Shown in pieces: positions 39,472 through 46,077 of a DNA stretch of 46,077 bases (position 1 is the stretch's first letter; every line of letters begins with the position of its first letter). Source of the stretch: Deltaproteobacteria bacterium (GTDB taxonomy: Bacteria; Desulfobacterota; GWC2-55-46); the NCBI GenBank assembly GCA_016235365.1, contig JACRLF010000024.1, forward strand, positions 1 to 46,077. Reading direction: 5' to 3'. The notes beneath the pieces are model-generated. The model saw nothing but the letters and a program-made list of their open reading frames with translations. It did no database searches and was not told where the DNA came from. The translations under genes and the position numbers were made by a program.

Positions 39472-41028
39472 TTATTCCCCTGTTTTTTTTCTTCCTCTTG
39501 TGCTCTTGAGCCAGGCGAGCTCGGCGCCGAGGATGATGCAGCCGACTATTATCGGCCATACGTAGACGGAACTTCCGGTCGGGGGCTGCATGAGTATCCA
39601 GCACCATGTGGTCATCTCATGCTTGGAGCCCTTTTCCTTGTTCGAGCCGTCCCATGCCGCAAACGCCACGGGGATGAACTTGCCTTCCTCGAACTGGATG
39701 TCCTTGGAGGCATCGCCAGTCTTTATGGGCCTCTTCATGACGACCCTCCATGTGCCCTTGTCATAGGCGGCGGAGTACTTAAGACCCACGGAGGCGGGGT
39801 CCCTCTCCTCCCTGTCCTTTATGCCCTTGGAGTTAAGGAGCTTGAAGCTCTGGGGCTGGCCTGCGCCGGACTCGCTCTTCCAGTACCAGATGTTGACCGG
39901 TAGCATCGCGTCTCCCATACCGAAGTAGGGCTTTTCACTCTCCTGCGGGATCGTGACGGGCCACTGCACCGCGACCGCGTCCTCAAAGACGTCGCCGTCG
40001 GCTATCTCTATCGCCTTCGCGTTTCCGGGCAGGCTTTTTGTCCTGTCGTCCCACGCGACCAGCATCGCCACTTCCTTGTCGTTGTACACGGCCTTCACGG
40101 AAATGGTGTCGAGCGAAGGCGTAAAGTGCCTTTCGGCGGCTATGAGCTGGGGCACCATATAGAAGCTCGTGTACTTCGCCTTTTCCCAGGCCGGGTCGTC
40201 GTGCTTATCTGGCACCTCGCCCTCGACCCTCAGGGCGTTTATGACGGTAGATTCGGTCGGCTTCTTGTAAGGGGCCTCGATCGAGGCCACGTAGTTGGCT
40301 ACGTCCCACCTCTCCTCGTCGGTTAGCTTTTTCTGGCTGCTCGGGTCCGCGAAGCTCGGCATCTGGGTGCCGGGTATGCCGACGGTTATCCTCGTGTATA
40401 TATCCTTCGCCTTGTTGCTGACCCTGAAGGTAAAGGGCTTGGTAAGGTTCCTCGGCCATGTGCGGAAGCCCAAGTCGTCCTTGAGCTTCTTGGTGCCGTC
40501 TCCCCTTCCCTCCTCGCCGTGGCACTCCGTGCACCTGTCCTTGAAGACCTTCTGCCCCCTCTCGAGACTCTCCTTGGAGGAGGAGACCGCGCCCGAAATG
40601 CTTATGGCCGGCTTCTGCGGGGCGCCGAGCTCAGCCAACGACTTGATGAAGGCTATGACGTCGTTGACATCCTGGGTGCCGAGCATGTCGCCCCATCCGG
40701 GCATCGAAGTGCCGTTCATGCCGTTCCAGCCCGCGATGTTGTTATGGTTAATATCTCCCTTGACCATCTTTACGAAGTCCTCGTCGGTCGGGATTATCTC
40801 GTCAAACGGCGTGGACTTCCACTTGTATACGCCGGAAGTGAAGTCCCTCGGCGGCGGGTTGAGGAACTCGGCCGCAGGGCCGTCGCCAGCGCCTTTCGCA
40901 CCGTGGCACCACCAGCACCTCTTCTCGTATATCTCCTTACCTTTCGCGGCGTCGCCTCCCGCAAGGGCCAGTCCCGGGGCGGCGGCCAGCATTATGGCCA
41001 ACAAGATTGCTCTTTTTCTCATAGCCAA
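39472..41028 (-). CDS. Diheme cytochrome c fused to an EB_dh/DOMON-like (heme b type) domain, with C-terminal TM anchor
   Basis: Signal peptide. CWWCH and CTECH motifs, each with a downstream MP(G/S) Met ligand context. The C-terminal half contains AVAVQWP...KPYFGMGD...VNIWYWKS...FAAWDGSN, resembling the ethylbenzene-dehydrogenase gamma / NarI-type periplasmic heme-b domain (from memory). Terminal helix VWPIIVGCIILGAELAWL. Confidence 0.8.
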   Translation of the reverse strand: MAMRKRAILLAIMLAAAPGLALAGGDAAKGKEIYEKRCWWCHGAKGAGDGPAAEFLNPPPRDFTSGVYKWKSTPFDEIIPTDEDFVKMVKGDINHNNIAGWNGMNGTSMPGWGDMLGTQDVNDVIAFIKSLAELGAPQKPAISISGAVSSSKESLERGQKVFKDRCTECHGEEGRGDGTKKLKDDLGFRTWPRNLTKPFTFRVSNKAKDIYTRITVGIPGTQMPSFADPSSQKKLTDEERWDVANYVASIEAPYKKPTESTVINALRVEGEVPDKHDDPAWEKAKYTSFYMVPQLIAAERHFTPSLDTISVKAVYNDKEVAMLVAWDDRTKSLPGNAKAIEIADGDVFEDAVAVQWPVTIPQESEKPYFGMGDAMLPVNIWYWKSESGAGQPQSFKLLNSKGIKDREERDPASVGLKYSAAYDKGTWRVVMKRPIKTGDASKDIQFEEGKFIPVAFAAWDGSNKEKGSKHEMTTWCWILMQPPTGSSVYVWPIIVGCIILGAELAWLKSTRGRKKTGE

Positions 41029-41047
41029 TATCCGTCCTTTTTAAAGT

Positions 41048-41806
41048 TTATTTCTCCCAAGACCTCGGGACATTTCCGGTGTAATCGTAGATGAAGAGGA
41101 TCGCCTTCCATATCTCATCCTCCGTAAGGAGGTCCTTCCATATCGGCATGGACGAGAGCCACGGGGTCGATTCCTTCGGGAGTCCCGGGCCGCCGGTGGA
41201 AATCCTCCAGAACACGAAAGACTCCTGGAGCTGGGCTATGGTGTCCTTGCCCTGAAACGGGAGCGGCAGCGGGTTGAAGCCCTGCGCGAAGTGGCCTTTG
41301 CTGTCGAGCTTGTCGCCGTGGCAGTAGAAGCAGTTCCTGTAATAGACGACCCCGCCTTCCTTCACCAGTTCCTTGAACTTCGCCGGGTCCTCCTTCGCTA
41401 ACTTCCTCATCGGGTTCTCAAGCGTGCCGATGTTGAAGCTCTTGTTGAAGGCCCTGAGCGTCGAGGGAGGGGCCGGGTGCGTGGCCCTGAGCTCGACCGG
41501 GGCCTCGAAGCTCGGCTTGACCTGGTTGAATACGATGACCGCGCCTATTATCGGGATTACCGCGAAGACCACGTTCCTCGTCATCGCCTTCGAGGGGTCA
41601 TCCACCAGGGCCTTTATGGGAGTGAAGAGTTCCTGGGCGGACTTCTCGGTGGAGGTCATCACCAGAAGGATCGTAACCACTGCGAAGAACATATACATCA
41701 TTATGAGGCTTCCGGGTATCGGCACTCCGAACCAGCCCGGGGCCTTGAAGATCCCGTACGCTATGAGTACGAGGACCGCGAACTGCAGCAGTTTCGGTAT
41801 TTTCAT
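41048..41806 (-). CDS. Membrane-anchored (about 3 TM) monoheme cytochrome c
   Basis: N-terminal hydrophobic segments. CFYCH motif. WLSSMPIWKDLLTEDEIWKAILFIYDY distal Met region. Confidence 0.8.
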   Translation of the reverse strand: MKIPKLLQFAVLVLIAYGIFKAPGWFGVPIPGSLIMMYMFFAVVTILLVMTSTEKSAQELFTPIKALVDDPSKAMTRNVVFAVIPIIGAVIVFNQVKPSFEAPVELRATHPAPPSTLRAFNKSFNIGTLENPMRKLAKEDPAKFKELVKEGGVVYYRNCFYCHGDKLDSKGHFAQGFNPLPLPFQGKDTIAQLQESFVFWRISTGGPGLPKESTPWLSSMPIWKDLLTEDEIWKAILFIYDYTGNVPRSWEK

Positions 41807-41817
41807 CGTAGCCCTCT

Positions 41818-42627
41818 CTATTTGGATTTGGCCAGGAATTCCACGAGGAGTTTGAACTCTCCCGCGGTCATCTTGTCGCCGAAGTCCTTCGGCATCATGC
41901 CGCCGGGGAACCCCTGCGCGATATCGGCGTCAGGGTCAAGGACGGCCCTTCTCAGGTACTCCACATTCCTCTTCGCCCCTATCTTCGTGAGGTCCGGGCC
42001 TATGGCGCCGGCTTCGCCCGCTATCTTATGGCAACCGCCGCATCCATACTTCTTTACAACCTCGGCGCCTGTCTTGGCTGGAGCGGCGGCCTGCCCCTCC
42101 TTCTTCTCGGCGACAGGCTGCCCCCTGGGCACCTCAAAAGGTATCTCGGCGCCTCCGAGCTGAAGCAGATACGCTACCACCGCCTTTACCTCGACGTCGT
42201 TAAGCCCTATGGCGCCGGCCGTGATCACAGGCATGGGGCTTACGGTGTCGTTCGTCCCCGTGACGCCGAAGCCGGCCACGACATATGCGGACGGCTCCCT
42301 CATCGACTCCTCGATATAGTCAGCCGGGTTCTTGGCCTTGCCCTTGTACCTCGGGTCCTTTAGCCTCTCGTTGGCCCTGACGGCGACGGATTCGAGGAGC
42401 GGGGCCCTCTTGACCACCGGATTGTGGCACAGCGTACAAGTCCCCTTGCCGTTGAATATCTTCTCGCCGAGCGCTATGAACTGCGGCATCGTCATCGCAC
42501 CCAGGTTCAGCGCCTCCTCCTTTGGCGGCGGCGCAGGGTTGATGGGCGGAATATACTGCGTGGCGAAAAGCATGTAGAGGACTATCGTCAGAACGCTAAA
42601 GACTATTACCCTGAAAAAAATCTTCAT
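41818..42627 (-). CDS. Membrane-anchored diheme cytochrome c
   Basis: N-terminal TM FRVIVFSVLTIVLYMLF. CTLCH and CGGCH motifs. GGMMPKDF Met ligand context. Confidence 0.82.
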   Translation of the reverse strand: MKIFFRVIVFSVLTIVLYMLFATQYIPPINPAPPPKEEALNLGAMTMPQFIALGEKIFNGKGTCTLCHNPVVKRAPLLESVAVRANERLKDPRYKGKAKNPADYIEESMREPSAYVVAGFGVTGTNDTVSPMPVITAGAIGLNDVEVKAVVAYLLQLGGAEIPFEVPRGQPVAEKKEGQAAAPAKTGAEVVKKYGCGGCHKIAGEAGAIGPDLTKIGAKRNVEYLRRAVLDPDADIAQGFPGGMMPKDFGDKMTAGEFKLLVEFLAKSK

Positions 42628-42639
42628 CTAAGGTCCCCC

Positions 42640-44633
42640 CTACTCGGTTTCGGTTTCTGGCTTGAGCGGCTTGGCGGCAGGCTCATAAGGGATAACTTCG
42701 GGATGGAGCTTGCTCTTGTCCTCCTGTTTCTTCGCGCTCAACTGGCTCAGCCAGAAGATGAAGATGACTATCGCCATGAAGATGACGGTCGCGATGGAGA
42801 CGACCTTCGCGGCATAGCCTATGGTGGGCGTGAAGGCGTCGAGCGAGTTGTCCCTCATTACCGTGTACACATGCCAGTGCTGTCTGATGGCGGACCTTAT
42901 GAAGCCCATAAGCCCCATGAGCCAGGTGAAGGAGACGGCAAGGAGGAAGAGCGCGTACTGGCTCCTCTGAGGCATCTTGCCCCAGCGGAACTCGCCCACG
43001 TCCTTCGCCCCCTTGAACATCAGCACATCTATGACCATACAGGAGATGATGACTGTGAGTGTGGAGGCGACCTGGGGTACCGAAGAGGCGACCTTGTAAA
43101 CCGTGTTGGTGAAGTAGCCGTAGTAGACGCCCAGGTAGACTATGTTCAGTATCGCGGCGATGAATATGGCGGCCTGTATCGCGCTTCCGGCCGCGGCCCA
43201 CGATACCGTAGGGATCTTGTTCGCCCTCCTGTAGAGGAGGAATGAGAGGAACGTGAAGATAAGCATATTGTTCACGGCCGTGTTCTTGGCCGGCATTATG
43301 CCGAGGGGCCCGAGGAACGGGTGGTACTGGCCGCCGAGCGTCTTCAGCTCCCAGGGCTTGAGTATCAGCGTGTGGGGGGTGAACCACACGAGGAAGCACA
43401 CGGCTATTACGCCGGCTATATACTTTATGTACTTGGTGTATCTGTAAGCCCCGGGGCTCCTCTCCATGCCGCACCAGAGGTAGTAGTTGGCTGAAAGGAA
43501 GAGCGCGCCTATGATCACCGCCTGCGTGATGAAGAGCCACGCGAAGACCCCGCCCATGAGAGTAATGCCCATCTGCTGGCTGTACGCGTAGATCTCGGCG
43601 GTGAGCCAGTACCCCGCGAACGGGAGCGGGAGGAGGGCCCCTATTGCGATGAGGTTCGCGGTATAGCCCATCCAGTCGTAATGGGCCTTCTCCGTTTCGT
43701 TCCTCGCGCTCAGGAACCTGTAGGCCGCGTAGGCGCCCACTATTGAGCCGCCGTAGGCGATGTTGGCGACGAACCTGTGGAGGTTTATCGGGTTCCACAG
43801 GAAGTTGTGTATGACCTTCCAGATGTCCCCCTGGAACGCGCCCGCGGCGTCGACGCCGCCGGGAGAAAGCATGAACGTGACCCAGGAGTTCGCGAGGAAC
43901 ATCAGCATCGTTCCCACGGCGTTCAGCACAAGGCCGATGGTGAGGTGCACCCATTTGAGGAACCCGTAGTGCATCGCGTGCCAGCCGTAGTAGTAGATAT
44001 AGAGGCTGGCGCTCTCGGCGAAGAAGATGAGCGCGTAGGCGAGCATCGTCGGACCGAATAGCCTGGTCATGTACTTCATGAAGTCGGGGTAGAACATAAA
44101 GAGGCTGAAGGCAAGGAGGCCGCCTATTATGGCCGTTATCGAGTAGGCCGTAATCGAGACCTTTATGAACTCGTAGGCCATCTTGTCATAGCGCTCGTCC
44201 TTCGTGGCCATGCCATCGAGACCTTTATGAACTCGTAGGCCATCTTGTCATAGCGCTCGTCCTTCGTGGCCATGCCTATGGCCTCGATGATGAAGACGAA
44301 TATCGGCACGGCCAGCACGAAGGCCGCGAACCACAGGTGAAGCTGCGCCACTATCCAGACGAATATCCTGCTGTTGACGCCCTTGATGCGCGGGTAGTCC
44401 TCTGTCTTCAGTTTCGGCGCGGGGGCAAACTTCGCCTCCCCCTCTCCCCCCTGGGCCACTTCCTGCGCGGCTGGGGCGGCGGCGCCGCCCGCGTCAGAGG
44501 CGTAGACGCTGCCGGACGAGAAGCCTGCGTCTATGGCCGGGAGAAACGTCATTACCGTGAAAAACACGCCCAAAAAAATCAGCAAAAAGGCTATCTTCCT
44601 CTTTACCGGTTCCTTTTTGAAGTGTAGGCTCAT
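42640..44633 (-). pseudogene. Cytochrome bd-like (CydA-family) polytopic membrane protein, split into two ORFs (44163-44633 and 42640-44211) by a 62-bp tandem duplication
   Basis: Counterparts of CydA heme-ligand contexts are visible: AQLHLWFAAF (His in helix 1), FFAESASLY (Glu), NLHRFVANIAYGG (His). Many TM helices. Both ORFs contain MATKDERYDKMAYEFIKVS. Removing one repeat unit gives a single 1932-nt (643-codon) frame. No cydB-like gene is adjacent. Confidence 0.8.
44153..44276. repeat. Perfect 2 x 62-bp tandem direct duplication inside the CydA-like gene
   Basis: 44153-44214 and 44215-44276 are identical (ATCGAGACCTTTATGAACTCGTAGGCCATCTTGTCATAGCGCTCGTCCTTCGTGGCCATGCC). 62 is not a multiple of 3. 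Confidence 0.95.
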
Positions 44634-44669
44634 ATACTCTCGCTCCTGTATTATTTTCTTAAGGCCTGT

Positions 44670-44786
44670 TTAGCCCTTGAACCTGAAGGAAAGGCCCTGA
44701 GCGTTGAAGAGAGCTACATCAAGGACAAGGAAAAGGACAACGCAGACCGCCAACGCGATCAAGAAAGTTACCAGAGACTTCTTCAT
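44670..44786 (-). CDS. 38-aa single-TM micro-peptide (D-type), immediately upstream of the CydA-like gene
   Basis: MKKSLVTFLIALAVCVVLFLVLDVALFNAQGLSFRFKG. RBS AAGGAG 7 nt upstream. 36-nt gap to the next gene. Confidence 0.5.
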   Translation of the reverse strand: MKKSLVTFLIALAVCVVLFLVLDVALFNAQGLSFRFKG

Positions 44787-44821
44787 TTCAATGCTCCTTT
44801 TCATGCATTTAGCTGCCGCCT

Positions 44822-44917
44822 CTAACCATGGCCGAGAAACCAGGAAAAAAATATGACGATGACAATGAGAACCGCCATGAACAGGATTGGACCTGCCTTC
44901 CCGGATAACTTCACCAT
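44822..44917 (-). CDS. 31-aa single-TM micro-peptide (E-type)
   Basis: MVKLSGKAGPILFMAVLIVIVIFFSWFLGHG. RBS AGGAGGA. Shares the KLS-x-K-x-GPI-x-F...F-x-WFL pattern with 36384-36476. Confidence 0.5.
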   Translation of the reverse strand: MVKLSGKAGPILFMAVLIVIVIFFSWFLGHG

Positions 44918-44969
44918 ATCTTCCTCCTAAGCCTTACCGAAAATGTATTAACTTCTCCGTGAACAACCC

Positions 44970-45326
44970 TCAGCACTTGCATAGCTTTCTAAGATAGTCC
45001 TTGAGGCCGTTTATCTCCTGTTCAGTCAGAGTCTTTCCCCAAGGGGGCATGAGGGTCGATTTGCTGGTTGCAGACCCTCCGCTCTTTATGACATTTACTA
45101 TATCCTGGTCCGTGAGCTTCTTCATCTCAGCGGCGTTTGTGTGGTCGCGGGGGCTCACGGGCTGGCTCTTCGTGGCGTTGGGCCCGTCTCCCTTGCCCTC
45201 AAGCCCGTGGCACTGGGAGCAGTAAAATTTGTAGTTAGCCTCAGCGGATGCGGCCATGGCGATCCCTTTGCCAAAAAACGTGATCGAAAAGACCACAGCC
45301 ACCGCTATACCAAAATATCTGACCAT
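44970..45326 (-). CDS. Monoheme class I cytochrome c
   Basis: Signal peptide. CSQCH motif. LMPPWG Met ligand. 118 aa. Confidence 0.85.
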   Translation of the reverse strand: MVRYFGIAVAVVFSITFFGKGIAMAASAEANYKFYCSQCHGLEGKGDGPNATKSQPVSPRDHTNAAEMKKLTDQDIVNVIKSGGSATSKSTLMPPWGKTLTEQEINGLKDYLRKLCKC

Positions 45327-45365
45327 ATCAACGCTCCTTTCAAGTTTGTTTTCAAAAAGTATTTT

Positions 45366-46031
45366 TCATTTGAGGCTTGATACGTACTCAGCCAGCATCT
45401 TAATTTCGTCATCGCTCAGTATGCCTGCGTAGGTTGGCATGTCCTTCACCGGCTTGAACACCTTCGGATTCAGAAGATAGGCATAGATCCAATCAGGCTG
45501 GAGCCTATCGCCTATCCCCACCATGGTGGGTCCGGTGAGGCCTCCTAACATCTTCTCGCCTTTCTTCACTTCGTGGCAGCCGAAGCAGCCCTGCTTTTTC
45601 TCGAATACCATCCTGCCCTGAGGACTGTTCTTGGGCTGTATGCCGGCCGGCTTGAAATCAGTCGAGACGAGGCTCATGAGATACTCCGTAACGTTATCTG
45701 CCCCATCCTTGGCAAGCTTCGGATGGTTCCCGCCGTTCTTCTTTGTAAGCGAATTAAATTCCATACCCCTGATGGGCTTCGGATCGATAAGCCATTTTTG
45801 TAAGAAAGGTTTCTGGAACTTATTACCTGCATACCATAGCTCGGGGCCCTTCTTCGCGAGCTGATCCTCTATGGTCTTTTCCTTGGCCGGCCCGGCGGTC
45901 TGGTGGCATTTACCGCAGTTCCCGGCATCGAAGATCTTTTTCCCTTCCGCGATACCGGCATGACCAGGCGAAACGAAAGTAAAAAACCATGCGGCGGCGG
46001 ACATAATGACAAGACTTACCCTGAAATTCAT
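45366..46031 (-). CDS. Diheme cytochrome c
   Basis: Signal peptide. CGKCH and CFGCH motifs. VKDMPTY Met context. RBS AGGAGGAAG. First gene of the minus-strand operon as far as the window shows. Confidence 0.85.
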   Translation of the reverse strand: MNFRVSLVIMSAAAWFFTFVSPGHAGIAEGKKIFDAGNCGKCHQTAGPAKEKTIEDQLAKKGPELWYAGNKFQKPFLQKWLIDPKPIRGMEFNSLTKKNGGNHPKLAKDGADNVTEYLMSLVSTDFKPAGIQPKNSPQGRMVFEKKQGCFGCHEVKKGEKMLGGLTGPTMVGIGDRLQPDWIYAYLLNPKVFKPVKDMPTYAGILSDDEIKMLAEYVSSLK

Positions 46032-46077
46032 CTTCTTCCTCCTATTTTGTATTTTGAAACCTTGCCAGCCGTTCAGC

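Overview
GC-rich chromosomal segment of a diderm (Gram-negative type) bacterium, coded almost entirely on the minus strand. Left to right:

- **Cell division operon (1-3205):** ftsE-ftsX-envC-ctpA. The ctpA gene runs off the left edge.
- **Plus-strand pair (3965-8342):** a REC/HD-GYP regulator and a 1104-aa hybrid kinase (Rossmann-like/GAF/PAS/HisKA/HATPase/REC/REC/degenerate GGDEF).
- **Wsp-type operon (8457-17440):** seven genes in wspA-B-C-D-E-F-R order, a chemosensory pathway ending in a diguanylate cyclase. The MCP carries a CxxCH heme-c type sensor domain. The CheA-REC gene is interrupted by an in-frame TAG 26 codons before its apparent original stop.
- **Housekeeping block (18096-25330):** tRNA-Asp, tRNA-Val, lon, clpX, clpP, tig, tRNA-Leu(UAG).
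- **Outer-membrane barrel gene (26261-27613):** has a near-consensus sigma70 promoter and a ~270-nt structured leader.
- **Kdo and CTP genes (28083-32953):** kdsD, kdsA, pyrG, kdsB, then tRNA-Leu(CAA).
- **Visibly AT-richer stretch (about 32954-39470):** a transposase scrap, two membrane proteins with PCP_red domains (one a decayed NirJ/AhbD-like radical SAM gene), a toxin-antitoxin-like pair, micro-ORFs and tatB-tatC-tatA.
- **Eight-gene cytochrome operon (39472-46031):** five c-type cytochrome genes (8 CxxCH motifs), two tiny transmembrane peptides and a CydA-like (cytochrome bd-like) protein with no cydB. The CydA-like gene is split by a perfect 62-bp tandem duplication.

Intergenic DNA holds at least two families of palindromic repeat elements, which also create false N-terminal ORF extensions. 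The many long ORFs antisense to real genes are GC-content artefacts. All homology calls come from motif recognition by eye; no database search was run.
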